From positions 719 through 64,718 of the forward strand of contig DBEYUK010000016.1 of assembly GCA_048181625.1 (NCBI GenBank): DNA of 64,000 nucleotides. Reading direction: 5' to 3'. Positions 1 through 10,763 of this stretch are shown piece by piece. How positions within the stretch are numbered: position 1 is the stretch's first letter; the number at the start of each line of letters is the position of its first letter. The notes beneath the pieces were generated by a model that was given only the letters and a program-made list of their open reading frames with translations, was not told the origin of the DNA and did no database searches. Both the position numbers and the translations under genes were made by a program. The DNA comes from Collinsella sp. (lineage in GTDB: Bacteria > Actinomycetota > Coriobacteriia > Coriobacteriales > Coriobacteriaceae).

Positions 1-1231
<1,231 letters not shown>

Positions 1232-2314
1232 TTATTTCTCCTCAATAAGCTTGTCGACCTCGGCCATAAGCGCGTCGACAATTTGGTCCTCAGCTACTTT
1301 ACCAATGATCTGGCCATGCGAAAAGAGCAAGGCCTGACCACGTCCGCAAGCAACGCCCAGATCGGCATCAGAAGCCTCGCCGGGGCCATTAACGGCACAT
1401 CCCATCACAGCGATCGAAAGCGGCGCGGAGTAGTTCTTAAGCCGCTCGGTAACCTCCTCGGCAATGGGAATAAGGTTAACCTGGCAGCGGGCGCATGTGG
1501 GGCACGAGACAATCTCGGGGCCACGGCGACGCAGGCCCAACGACTGCAGAATACCCCAGGCAACCGGCGGCTCCTCAACCGGATCGGCTGTGAGCGACAC
1601 ACGCATGGTGTCGCCAATGCCTTCGGAAAGCAAGATACCCAAGCCTACAGAGCTCTTGATGGTGCCCTGGAGCTTGGTCCCCGCCTCAGTCACGCCCAGG
1701 TGAAGCGGAACGTGGGGAATCTCACGCGACAGGGCTCGATAGGTATCGAGCGTCGTTTGCACGCTATGGGCCTTGGCCGAAAGCACAATGTTCGTAAAGC
1801 CGCGGTCCTCAAAGTGCTTGACGAAACGCTCGCTCGACATCACAAGCTTCTCGGGCTGCGTAAGCTCGTCGCGCTCAGCGATATCCTGCTCGAGTGAGCC
1901 GGCGTTGACGCCGATACGAATCGCACAGCCCGCGGCGCCGGCGGCATCGGTCACGGCATCGACCTTAGTCCAATCGCCGATATTGCCGGGATTGATGCGA
2001 AGCTTGGCGGCACCAGCCTCGACGGCGCCGATGGCGAGCTTATGGTTAAAGTGAATATCGGCGACGATCGGCACCGGAGACTCGGCACAGATGGTGCGGA
2101 AACCCTCAAGCGCGGCCTCGGTGGGCACGCTCACGCGCACGATATCGCAGCCAGCCTGCGCCAACGCGCACACTTGCGCAAGCGTTGCCTGGGCGTCAGC
2201 GGTATCGGTGCAGGTCATGGATTGGACCACCACCGGCGCGCCGCCACCGATCTGCACACCGCCCACATGCACGGGGCGCGTCAACTCGCGAGGCAATGGA
2301 TGGGATAAAGACAA
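1232..2314 (-). CDS. ispG: 4-hydroxy-3-methylbut-2-en-1-yl diphosphate synthase
   Basis: Motifs VVVQSMT, PIVADIHF, RINPGNIG, RIGVNAGSL, HLGVTEAG, SCPTCAR, AVMGCAVNGPGE. Start placed at the TTG after a GGGAG SD (the ORF track extends to 2401). Confidence 0.97.
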   Translation of the reverse strand: MSLSHPLPRELTRPVHVGGVQIGGGAPVVVQSMTCTDTADAQATLAQVCALAQAGCDIVRVSVPTEAALEGFRTICAESPVPIVADIHFNHKLAIGAVEAGAAKLRINPGNIGDWTKVDAVTDAAGAAGCAIRIGVNAGSLEQDIAERDELTQPEKLVMSSERFVKHFEDRGFTNIVLSAKAHSVQTTLDTYRALSREIPHVPLHLGVTEAGTKLQGTIKSSVGLGILLSEGIGDTMRVSLTADPVEEPPVAWGILQSLGLRRRGPEIVSCPTCARCQVNLIPIAEEVTERLKNYSAPLSIAVMGCAVNGPGEASDADLGVACGRGQALLFSHGQIIGKVAEDQIVDALMAEVDKLIEEK

Positions 2315-2327
2315 TCCAAACACTCCC

Positions 2328-3704
2328 CTACAGGATAAATCGAAGGACGTCGGAACGAAGCATATAGACAAACAGCAGCGCAAAGAGCGCGATGCCCACA
2401 TAGCTCACAATCGTCTGGATCTTGAGCGGAAGCTCGCGGCCAGCAATCTTTTGAATGATCTCGATGACCAGCTTGCCGCCATCGAGTGGTGGGATGGGCA
2501 GCAGGTTCATAAAGCCAAGCGAGAACGAAATGAGGGCGGCAAACGAAAGGAACGTGGCAGGGCCGGCAGCAGCAGCCTGTGAGGACATAACGCTAATGCC
2601 CACGATCGAAGAAGACTGATCGAGAATCTCCATCGTATGCTGCGGCTGGAGCAGGCGCATCACGCCCTCCGCTGTCTGCACGACATAGGAGAACGAAAGG
2701 CGAGCCGACGTGATGGGGCCTAAACGGACCACCTGCGTAGAGGCATACACACCTAGGCGCTCGTCCTCTTTGAGCGCAACCGAGGTCGAATGCTGCTTGC
2801 CGTCGCGCTCATACTCAATGGCGATATCGTCCTTACCGGCGGCCTTGCCGATGGCATCGTAAACGTCCATCCAGGTAGAGCACGATACTCCGTCAACCGA
2901 AAGGATCGCGTCGCCGCCCTCGATACCCGCCTTGGCGGCAATAGACCCCTCGTCAACCTGACCGATCACGTTGGTATCCATCGGCACGGTGACACCCGCA
3001 ATAGAGTAGATGCTCATAAGCAGCAAAAAGCCCGTCAGGATATTGACGAGAATGCCCGCGAGCAGCATAAAGGCGCGCTTGAGAAAACCCTGGCCCAGAT
3101 AGGTATGCGAACGCTCTTGCGCAAGGAACTCGGCTTCGCCGCACGGCAGCTCCCACACATCGCCCTCGGCAGTTGAATGTTCGCGATCGAACCGGCGGCC
3201 GTCAAAGGTGGTGTAGCCTGCCGCGTCTCGCGGCAGCGTCTGATACTTGGTGGGATAGTAGCTCGGCGAGGGCTTCTCCCCTTCCTCATACCAAGGCGCG
3301 ATAGAGCCCCAACCCAAGAGCAAGGCGCATGCCTCGAGCACAACCTCCTCGGATAGCTCGAGCTCGGCGGCAAGGTCGGCCACGGTCACGCGACCATGAC
3401 GATAGATAGCCGCGAGCACGCGATCGGCGCACGAGACGTCGGTCGGATCCATACCGCAGATGGCAGCGTAGCCACCCAGCAGCAGCGGGGTCACGCCAAA
3501 CTTGGTTCCAATGCGACGTGACGTGTAATGGATGTCAAAGCGGCACGGCAAGCCCAAAAAGAACTCGGTCACACGGACGCCGCAGGCACGCGCCGCCAAA
3601 AAGTGGCCGCCCTCGTGCAAAAACACGAGGACGGAAAGCATCAGCAGGCCCCAAAAGACCGATGAGAGAACGCTCAGAACAGTATCCATAAAACGAAAAA
3701 GCAA
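2328..3704 (-). CDS. rseP: Site-2 (M50) membrane metalloprotease RseP with PDZ domain
   Basis: HEGGH zinc motif, LGGY loop, PDZ segment (GSIAAKAGIEGGDAILSVDG), NLLPIPPLDGG. Sits in the dxr-rseP-ispG context. Start may be the ATG at 3689. Confidence 0.93.
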   Translation of the reverse strand: MLFRFMDTVLSVLSSVFWGLLMLSVLVFLHEGGHFLAARACGVRVTEFFLGLPCRFDIHYTSRRIGTKFGVTPLLLGGYAAICGMDPTDVSCADRVLAAIYRHGRVTVADLAAELELSEEVVLEACALLLGWGSIAPWYEEGEKPSPSYYPTKYQTLPRDAAGYTTFDGRRFDREHSTAEGDVWELPCGEAEFLAQERSHTYLGQGFLKRAFMLLAGILVNILTGFLLLMSIYSIAGVTVPMDTNVIGQVDEGSIAAKAGIEGGDAILSVDGVSCSTWMDVYDAIGKAAGKDDIAIEYERDGKQHSTSVALKEDERLGVYASTQVVRLGPITSARLSFSYVVQTAEGVMRLLQPQHTMEILDQSSSIVGISVMSSQAAAAGPATFLSFAALISFSLGFMNLLPIPPLDGGKLVIEIIQKIAGRELPLKIQTIVSYVGIALFALLFVYMLRSDVLRFIL

Positions 3705-3714
3705 TCCTTATGGG

Positions 3715-4902
3715 TTAGGAACGGGTTGCGGCGAGCACCTGCGCAGCCTTTTCACGCGCCCATGCATCGATGTCGCGAAGCTGCTCAAACGAATCGACCG
3801 CCTGCATATCGTGGGAATCCATGCAGGATTCCACAATGCGATCGATATCGGTAAAGCTGCAGCCATCGTGCAGGAAGGCATCGACGGCGACCTCGTTGGC
3901 GGCATTGAGCACGCACGGCATGGTGCCACCCGTCTTGCCGGCACGTTCGGCCAGTGCCAGACAGCGGAAGGTATCCATGTCGGCAGCATCAAACGTGAGC
4001 TGCCCCAGCTCGCGGAAATCGATACGAGGCGCCGGGGTATCCCAACGCTCGGGATACGAGAACGCGAACTGGATAGGAATACGCATGTCGGAAGCACCGA
4101 GATGCGCCATCACGGAGCCGTCGGCGAACTCGACCATAGAGTGAATCTTGGACTGACGCTGCACGACCACGTTAATGAAATCGAGGTCGCAGTTAAACAG
4201 ATGCATGGCCTCAATGCGCTCCAGGCCCTTGTTCATGAGGGTGGCGGAGTCGATGGTGATCTTGGCACCCATGGCCCACGTGGGATGTGCAAGGGCATCG
4301 GCACGCGTCACGCGATTGAGCTCGTCGCGGGTGCGGCCAAAGAACGGACCGCCCGAGCAGGTAAGCCAAATACAATGAGCCTCGCGCGGGTCCTCCCCCA
4401 GATAGCACTGGTAGATGGCGGAGTGCTCAGAGTCGACCGGAATAAGCTGGCCCGGTTGTGCCAACGGCATAAGCAAGTCGCCACCGACGACGAGGGACTC
4501 CTTGTTGGCAAGGGCAAGGCGCTTATTAGAGGTCAAGGCCGCATGGCTCGCCTCGAGACCGGCGGCACCCACAATAGCGACGAGTACGCAGTCGACATCG
4601 TCGCGACGCGCGAGCTCGCAAACCGCCTGCGCGCCAACGCCGAGCTTCGTTCCCTCGGGCAACTCCTGCAGCACGGCGTCATCGCCATGAGCGACATCGG
4701 CCACGGCAACCGCCGAAACCGAGAACTCGCGGGCAGCGGCAACAAGCTCGGAGGTACTGGAGTTAACGGACAGCGCCGTCACCTGCAGGCGATCGGCATG
4801 CTGGCGGCACACATCGAGCGCCTGGGTGCCGATGGAGCCCGTACAACCCAGGATGGCAACACGGAGGCGTCCATCGGGGCCATACGTCGTCTGGAATGAC
4901 AT
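3715..4902 (-). CDS. dxr: 1-deoxy-D-xylulose 5-phosphate reductoisomerase
   Basis: Motifs ILGCTGSIGTQ, LANKESLV, PVDSEHSAI, HPTWAMGAKITIDSATLMNKGLE. Confidence 0.98.
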   Translation of the reverse strand: MSFQTTYGPDGRLRVAILGCTGSIGTQALDVCRQHADRLQVTALSVNSSTSELVAAAREFSVSAVAVADVAHGDDAVLQELPEGTKLGVGAQAVCELARRDDVDCVLVAIVGAAGLEASHAALTSNKRLALANKESLVVGGDLLMPLAQPGQLIPVDSEHSAIYQCYLGEDPREAHCIWLTCSGGPFFGRTRDELNRVTRADALAHPTWAMGAKITIDSATLMNKGLERIEAMHLFNCDLDFINVVVQRQSKIHSMVEFADGSVMAHLGASDMRIPIQFAFSYPERWDTPAPRIDFRELGQLTFDAADMDTFRCLALAERAGKTGGTMPCVLNAANEVAVDAFLHDGCSFTDIDRIVESCMDSHDMQAVDSFEQLRDIDAWAREKAAQVLAATRS

Positions 4903-5801
4903 TACAGCACGCCTCCGATCATCAGCATCAGCTGCGCGGTGATGCAGCCGAAGATAAGCGAATCGCTACGATCGAGCATGCCGCCGTGGCCCGGGATAAG
5001 GTTGCCGGAATCTTTGACGCCCACACCGCGCTTGATGCGCGACTCGATAAGGTCGCCGATAACGCCCAGAATGGACACGACCACGCCGCACAGCAGCGCA
5101 TAGGGCAGGCTGAGCTTGAAGAAATGCGTCGCCCACAGGATGAGCCAAATCAAAACCGAGCCCAGGATGCCGCCAACAAACCCCTCCCAGCTCTTTTTGG
5201 GAGAGATCTTGGGAACCATCTTGTGTTTGCCGATACGGCTACCCACGATATAGGCAAACGAATCGGAGACCCAGAGAGACGCGCAAACACCCACCGAAAG
5301 CAGGGCGCCGGCAAAACCGGGCACGGCATCGCGCAGCAGCACGATAGCCGACAGCATAAAACCGGTGTAGATGGGACCCATGAGTGTCACGGCAACATCG
5401 GATATGCGGGTACGCGGCGACCAGACATACCAAATGCCCACAGCGAGCATCAGGGCAAAAAGCAGGGCATTCAGCAGCATCGAATCGCCCAACGCCGACA
5501 GCGGAAAGAGCACGGCGGCAGCGATACCCATGCGCTCGTTAGCCATCTTGCCATCGAGCCTTGTCATACGGAAAAACTCAAAGCAGCACAGACCGCTCAT
5601 GACGGAAACAAAGATGGCCGTGGGCACGATACCCAAAACCAGGCACAGGATAAAGACAACGGCGTAGACGATACCGGCGGCGGCACGGGTAATAAAGCCC
5701 GACAGCCACGAACCGGTGCCGCCCTTCGCTGCAGGCGCGCCAGCAGTGACAGCTTTGCGCGCAGGCGTCTTGGGAGCAGATGCCTTGGGACGATCGGACA
5801 C
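4902..5801 (-). CDS. cdsA: Phosphatidate cytidylyltransferase
   Basis: Multi-TM protein with SPKKSWEG and KRGVGVKDSGNLIPGHGGMLDRSDS. Confidence 0.96.
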   Translation of the reverse strand: MSDRPKASAPKTPARKAVTAGAPAAKGGTGSWLSGFITRAAAGIVYAVVFILCLVLGIVPTAIFVSVMSGLCCFEFFRMTRLDGKMANERMGIAAAVLFPLSALGDSMLLNALLFALMLAVGIWYVWSPRTRISDVAVTLMGPIYTGFMLSAIVLLRDAVPGFAGALLSVGVCASLWVSDSFAYIVGSRIGKHKMVPKISPKKSWEGFVGGILGSVLIWLILWATHFFKLSLPYALLCGVVVSILGVIGDLIESRIKRGVGVKDSGNLIPGHGGMLDRSDSLIFGCITAQLMLMIGGVL

Positions 5802-5803
5802 GA

Positions 5804-6598
5804 TTAAGCCTCCTCGGTCTTGCTCAGTCCACCAAACCTACGGTCACGGCCCTGATAGGCCAAAATGGCGTCGACAAGGCCCCAGCGATCAAAGTCGGGC
5901 CAATAGGTATCGGTGACGTAGAACTCGGAATAAGCCACCTGCCACAGCAGATAGTTCGAAAGGCGCAGCTCACCAGAGGTGCGAATCACAAGCTCAGGAT
6001 CGGGAAGACCGGCGGTATAGAGGTGGGAAGCCACCATGTCGTCATCAATTGCGCCAGGATCGATCTTACCGGCGGCAGCGTCGAGTGCGATCTGACGGAC
6101 AGCGCGGGTAATCTCGGCACGCGCGCCGTAGTTGACGGCAAGCGCCAGCGTCATGCCGGTGTGATCGGCGCACTCGGCAAGACCGCGTTCAAAAACATCG
6201 CGGGTCTTCTTGGGCAGAGCGGAAATGTCACCCAAAAAGACAACGCGCACGTTTTCGCGTTTCAGAAGCGGCAGCTCGTCGATAAACGTCTTGGCAAACA
6301 GGTGCATCAAGACGTTGACCTCGTGCTGCGGACGGTTCCAGTTTTCGGTAGAAAACGCATAGGCCGAAAGCACGTCGACGCCCAGACGCACGCAGGCGGT
6401 AATAATCTCGCGAAGGGAGACGATACCCGCCTTGTGGCCCTCAGTGCGCGCAAGACCGCGCGACGTAGCCCAACGACCGTTGCCGTCCATGATGCACGAG
6501 ATATGGTGCGGAATGTTATTGAGGTCAAGGTCGGAAAAACCGACGCCCGCAGGGGCGTCGGCAAAGTACTCGACCAGTTTATGCTCGTCGTATTGCAC
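5804..6598 (-). CDS. uppS: Undecaprenyl/polyprenyl diphosphate synthase (isoprenyl transferase)
   Basis: Motifs IMDGNGRWA, YAFSTENWNRP, IRTSGELRLSNYLLWQ, RDRRFGG. Confidence 0.97.
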   Translation of the reverse strand: MQYDEHKLVEYFADAPAGVGFSDLDLNNIPHHISCIMDGNGRWATSRGLARTEGHKAGIVSLREIITACVRLGVDVLSAYAFSTENWNRPQHEVNVLMHLFAKTFIDELPLLKRENVRVVFLGDISALPKKTRDVFERGLAECADHTGMTLALAVNYGARAEITRAVRQIALDAAAGKIDPGAIDDDMVASHLYTAGLPDPELVIRTSGELRLSNYLLWQVAYSEFYVTDTYWPDFDRWGLVDAILAYQGRDRRFGGLSKTEEA

Positions 6599-6599
6599 C

Positions 6600-7136
6600 T
6601 TAGATCTCCATGACCTCGGCTTCTTTTTCCTTCAGAAGCTCCTCGACCTTGGCGACATACTCATCGGTGTGCTTCTGGACCTTGGCCTGCTCGCGACGGA
6701 CATCGTCCTCGGTGAGCTCTTCATCGCGCTCGAGCTTGTTGTTGAAATCGCGACGGATGTTACGGATAGACACCTTGGCCTGCTCGGCGTACTCGCGGCA
6801 CTCCTTGACGAGCTCGCGACGGCGCTCCTCAGTGGGAGCCGGGAACGGAAGACGAACGACGGTGCCATCGGAGTTGGGGGTAATACCCAGATCGGAAGCG
6901 CCGATGGCCTTGACGATAGCATTGATGAGTGCCTTGTCCCACGGCTCAATGAGCAGCATGTGGGCCTCGGGGGTCTTGACGGCGGCAACCTGCGTGACCG
7001 GCGTGGGAACACCGTAATAATCGACGGTGATGTCGGACAGAATGTTGGCATTGGCGCGGCCGGTACGAACCTTGGAGAAGTTATGCTTGAGGGACTCGAG
7101 CGACTTGTCCATATGGGCGGTGATGTTCTCTGCCAT
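6600..7136 (-). CDS. frr: Ribosome recycling factor
   Basis: Motifs VRTGRAN, YYGVPTP, TEERRRELVK, IRNIRRD. Confidence 0.98.
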   Translation of the reverse strand: MAENITAHMDKSLESLKHNFSKVRTGRANANILSDITVDYYGVPTPVTQVAAVKTPEAHMLLIEPWDKALINAIVKAIGASDLGITPNSDGTVVRLPFPAPTEERRRELVKECREYAEQAKVSIRNIRRDFNNKLERDEELTEDDVRREQAKVQKHTDEYVAKVEELLKEKEAEVMEI

Positions 7137-7138
7137 GC

Positions 7139-7861
7139 TTAATCCTCCTGATAGACGAGCGTGCCGACGGGCTCACCCGAAAGCGCGCGCTTGACGGTGT
7201 CCTCGCCATCGATGTTGAGGACCAAAATCGGCATACGGTTATCCTGGCACAGTGCCGTAGCCGTGGAATCCATAACCTGCAGACCGCGGACGAGAACCTC
7301 GTGATAGGTAATCTTGTCAAAACGGACGGCATCGGCGCACTTGACGGGATCCTTGTCGTAGATGCCGTCAACCTTGGTGGCTTTAATCAGAATCTCGGCG
7401 CCGATCTCGCACGCACGAAGAGCCGCGGCGGTGTCGGTCGTAAAGTACGGATTGCCCGAACCGGCAGCGAAGATGACGACGTTGCCCTTGGACAGATGGT
7501 TGATAGCGCGGCGACGAATATAGGGCTCGCAGATCTCGTTCATCTGGATAGCGCTCATCACGCGGCAGGGAACATCGTTATGCTCGAAGGCATCCTGCAG
7601 GGCGAGCGCGTTCATAACGGTTGCCAGCATGCCCATGTAGTCGGCCTGAGCACGCTCCATGCCACCGGCAGCGCCGGCCATGCCGCGGAAAATATTGCCG
7701 CCGCCGACAACGACGCCGACCTCATGGCCAACGGCGAGCAGCTCCTTGACCTGTTTGGCAAGATGGTCGGTAACCTTGGGGTCGATGCCATACTGGCCGT
7801 CGCCCATCAGTGCTTCGCCAGAAAGCTTAAGAAGCACGCGTTTATATCGGATGTCGGACAA
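7139..7861 (-). CDS. pyrH: UMP kinase
   Basis: Motifs [34 protein letters not shown]. Confidence 0.98.
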   Translation of the reverse strand: MSDIRYKRVLLKLSGEALMGDGQYGIDPKVTDHLAKQVKELLAVGHEVGVVVGGGNIFRGMAGAAGGMERAQADYMGMLATVMNALALQDAFEHNDVPCRVMSAIQMNEICEPYIRRRAINHLSKGNVVIFAAGSGNPYFTTDTAAALRACEIGAEILIKATKVDGIYDKDPVKCADAVRFDKITYHEVLVRGLQVMDSTATALCQDNRMPILVLNIDGEDTVKRALSGEPVGTLVYQED

Positions 7862-7921
7862 AGCGATCCTCCTTTAGATTGAACTCTCAACATTCTATCA
7901 AAGGCTCTGATAAGAGCCATG

Positions 7922-7956
7922 AAAAAGCAGGCTGTGAGTAAAACCCACAGCCTGCT
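7922..7956 (-). terminator. Rho-independent terminator after tsf
   Basis: Hairpin AGCAGGCTGTG...CACAGCCTGCT followed by TTTT on the minus strand. Confidence 0.75.
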
Positions 7957-7979
7957 CATTACCAGCTACAAGAGCTTAT

Positions 7980-8849
7980 TTACTCGCCACGGACCAGACG
8001 GTCAAAGGCAACGACGGTAATGGTGTCGCCGAGCTCCTTGGAGACCTGCTCAGCATACTTCTTGATGGTGAGGGAGCTGTCCTTGATGAACTCCTGCTCG
8101 GTGAGCACGGACTGCTTGTAGAACTTCTCCAGACGGCCGACAGCCATCTTCTCCTGAATGGCCTCGGGCTTGCCGGACTCGGCAGCCTGAGCCATGTAGA
8201 TCTGCTTCTCGTGCTCGACGGTCTCGGCCGGAACCTGATCGCGGGTAGCGCAGATCGGGGCGACGGCGGCAACCTGAAGGGCAACGTCGTGAGCGAAGGT
8301 CTTGAAGGACTCAGCCTGAGCGGTCTCGGCCTTCTCGAAAACGAACTCGACGAGGACGCCGATCTTACCACCCATGTGGATGTAAGAAGCGAGCGCGCCG
8401 TTCTCAGCCTTGCGGGCAGCGAAGCGGGAGATCTTCATGTTCTCGCCCATGATGTGAATCATCTCGGTGAGCTCGGAGGAAACGGTCTCCTCGCCCATCG
8501 GCTTCTCGAGCAGAGCGTCGACGTCAGCAGGCTCGGTGGTAGCGACAACCTCAGCGACCTTGGAAGCAAAGCCGGTGAACTTGGCGTTGGAGCCAACGAA
8601 GTCGGTCTCGCAGGAGAGCTCGAGCAGAGCGCCGGTCTTGCCATCCTCGGAGACGAACGCGGCGACAGCGCCCTCGTTGGTCTCACGGCCAGCCTTCTTG
8701 GCAGCCTTGGCAAGGCCGTTCTTACGCAGAACGTCGACAGCGGCGTCCATGTCGCCGTCAGCCTCGACGAGAGCCTTCTTGCACTCCATCATCGGGGAGT
8801 CGGTCATCTCGCGGAGCTGCTTGACCATAGCGGCGGTAATCTGGGCCAT
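7980..8849 (-). CDS. tsf: Elongation factor Ts
   Basis: MAQITAAMVKQLREMTDSPMMECKKAL and ELSCETDFV. Start at ATG 8849 after an AAAGGA SD. Confidence 0.98.
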   Translation of the reverse strand: MAQITAAMVKQLREMTDSPMMECKKALVEADGDMDAAVDVLRKNGLAKAAKKAGRETNEGAVAAFVSEDGKTGALLELSCETDFVGSNAKFTGFASKVAEVVATTEPADVDALLEKPMGEETVSSELTEMIHIMGENMKISRFAARKAENGALASYIHMGGKIGVLVEFVFEKAETAQAESFKTFAHDVALQVAAVAPICATRDQVPAETVEHEKQIYMAQAAESGKPEAIQEKMAVGRLEKFYKQSVLTEQEFIKDSSLTIKKYAEQVSKELGDTITVVAFDRLVRGE

Positions 8850-8894
8850 TGTGGTTCCTTTCAAAGAGATGAAAAAGAATTAACTAAGACTGAT

Positions 8895-9623
8895 TTACTC
8901 GGCCTTGGGCTCAGCGGCCATCTCGGCCTCGGAGACCTGCTCCTTGCCGGAGCCAGCGAGGCAGGCGTCAGCCATGAGCTCGCACATAAGGGTGACAGCG
9001 GAGATAGCGTCATCGTTGCAGGGGATGCCGTACTCGACCTCGTCGGGATCGGAGTTGGTGTCGATCAGGGCGACGACGGGGATGTTCAGGCGCTGGGCCT
9101 CCTTGATGGCGTTCTCCTCGCGCTTGGTGTCGATGACGAAGAGAGCCTGGGGCAGACCCTTCATGTCGCGGGCGCCACCGAGGTTGGTCTGGAGCTTAGT
9201 GAGCTCCTTGCCGAGAACAGCCTGCTCCTTCTTGGGCAGAACAGCCATGCGGCCGTCCTCGACCATGGCCTCGAGCTCCTCCATGCGGTTGATGCGGGAG
9301 CGGATGGTGACGAAGTTGGTCAGCATACCGCCGAGCCAACGCTGGTTGATGTAAGGCATGTTGGCGCGCTCAGCAGCGTTCTTGACGGCCTCCTGAGCCT
9401 GCTTCTTGGTGCCGACGAACAGCACGTTGCCACCCTTGGCGACGTTCTTGACGAAGGTGTAGGCCTGGTCGGCGTCGAGGATGGTCTGCTTGAGGTCGAG
9501 GATGTAGATGCCGTTGCGCTCACCGAAGATGAACGGCTTCATCTTGGGGTTCCAGCGACGGGTCTGGTGACCGAAGTGGCAGCCGGCCTCGAGCAGGGTG
9601 CGGATATTAATCTTGGTAGCCAT
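8895..9623 (-). CDS. rpsB: 30S ribosomal protein S2
   Basis: Motifs [36 protein letters not shown]. Confidence 0.99.
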   Translation of the reverse strand: MATKINIRTLLEAGCHFGHQTRRWNPKMKPFIFGERNGIYILDLKQTILDADQAYTFVKNVAKGGNVLFVGTKKQAQEAVKNAAERANMPYINQRWLGGMLTNFVTIRSRINRMEELEAMVEDGRMAVLPKKEQAVLGKELTKLQTNLGGARDMKGLPQALFVIDTKREENAIKEAQRLNIPVVALIDTNSDPDEVEYGIPCNDDAISAVTLMCELMADACLAGSGKEQVSEAEMAAEPKAE

Positions 9624-9637
9624 GTTAAACCTCCTGT

Positions 9638-9733
9638 GGTTTGCCTCCGCGCGGGGTCATCCTCCAAAACCAACCCGGACATGTGCTACCAAAGCCCGGG
9701 CACCACGGTATGAAGTAGCCGCGCGTGCGTGAT
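9638..9733 (-). ncRNA. rpsB 5' leader (t44/S2-binding cis-regulatory RNA)
   Basis: Minus strand reads CACGCACGCGCGG...CCGTGGTGCCCGGG...CCGGGTTGG...CCGCGCGGAGGCAAAC just before the rpsB SD. The GCGCGG/CCGCGC outer stem and the GGTGC and GGAGGC motifs resemble the t44 leader. No covariance model was run. Confidence 0.7.
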
Positions 9734-9842
9734 AAAAACATGTTGCCGTGAAGCAACCCGATGAATGATAGCAGGAATGCCTCTTCCTGCCAACCCGCAA
9801 TCAAAACCACACACCTGAGTGCGGCGCGGGACGTCCCAGCCA

Positions 9843-10763
9843 CTATTCGCCGCGGGGATGGGCTTGAGCCACAGCCCGCTTAAGCCGATCGGGTGTGAGA
9901 TGCGTGTAGATCTGCGTCGTGGACAGGCTCGCATGACCTAGCAGCTCTTGAACCGAGCGCAGGTCCGCACCGCCCTCGAGCAAGTCGGTCGCAAAGGTAT
10001 GGCGCATCGCATGCGGGGCGATGTCAGCCGGAATGCCGGCGAGCGTCGCCAGCGTATGGAACCGCCGCCGGAGCATCGCGGCGCTCATGCGATTGCCGCG
10101 CGCCGATATAAGCAGCGGATGCGGCCCGGTAGCGAGGTCGCGGCGCTTTGCCCGAGCGAGCAACTCCGGCCTCCCCTCTTCAATATAGAGACGCGTCACA
10201 TCGAGCGCACGACGATACAGAGGAACGATGCGCTCCTTGCTTCCCTTGCCCCACAGGCGCAGCGTGCGCTCGGACCAACCAATAGACTCCACGTTGAGCG
10301 CCGCGAGCTCCGAGATTCGCGCGCCGGAGGCATAGAGCAACTCAAGCATCGCCGCATCGCGCAGTCCCGCGGGCGTCGAGGTATCAGGCGTCTTGAGCAG
10401 CGCCTCAACCTGCTGGGTCGTAAGGACGCCCGGCAGGTCACGCGGCAGCTTGGGCGATGCGATCGCCGAGACCGCATCGCCCTCGACAATCCCCTCGGCA
10501 GCCATCCAGCGATAGAGAGATCGGATAGCCGACAGGTGCGCCGCAAGCGTTCGGGGAGCCACCTGCTCACGCGAAAGCTCAGCAAGATAGCGACGAATGG
10601 TGCGCACGTCGGCAGCGAAAGCATCAATATCCTCGCGCTCGCACCAAGCAGCAAAGCGCTCCAGCCTCGAGCCATAGGCCGTCACCGTGTTGGGAGAAAG
10701 CCCCTCAACGCGTGCGATATAGGCGATAAAAGAGTCGACGGTGTCGTACAGGTCAAAGGCTAT
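9843..10763 (-). CDS. xerC: XerC/XerD-family tyrosine recombinase
   Basis: RDAAMLELLYASGARISE, GKGSKERIVP, PHAMRHTFATDLL, VQELLGHASLSTTQIYTH. The frame stays open upstream of the ORF-track GTG (10685) with the typical N-terminal helix VDSFIAYIARVEGLSPNTVTAY. The start is inferred at ATA 10763 (see findings). XerC versus XerD is assigned from context only. Confidence 0.85.
   Translation of the reverse strand: MAFDLYDTVDSFIAYIARVEGLSPNTVTAYGSRLERFAAWCEREDIDAFAADVRTIRRYLAELSREQVAPRTLAAHLSAIRSLYRWMAAEGIVEGDAVSAIASPKLPRDLPGVLTTQQVEALLKTPDTSTPAGLRDAAMLELLYASGARISELAALNVESIGWSERTLRLWGKGSKERIVPLYRRALDVTRLYIEEGRPELLARAKRRDLATGPHPLLISARGNRMSAAMLRRRFHTLATLAGIPADIAPHAMRHTFATDLLEGGADLRSVQELLGHASLSTTQIYTHLTPDRLKRAVAQAHPRGE

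Noticed and set aside
9843..10763. Tyrosine recombinase as a prophage or island integrase
   Set aside because: It has housekeeping Xer motifs and size, sits in the conserved dprA-trmFO-xerC-rpsB context, and has no cargo genes or att sites.
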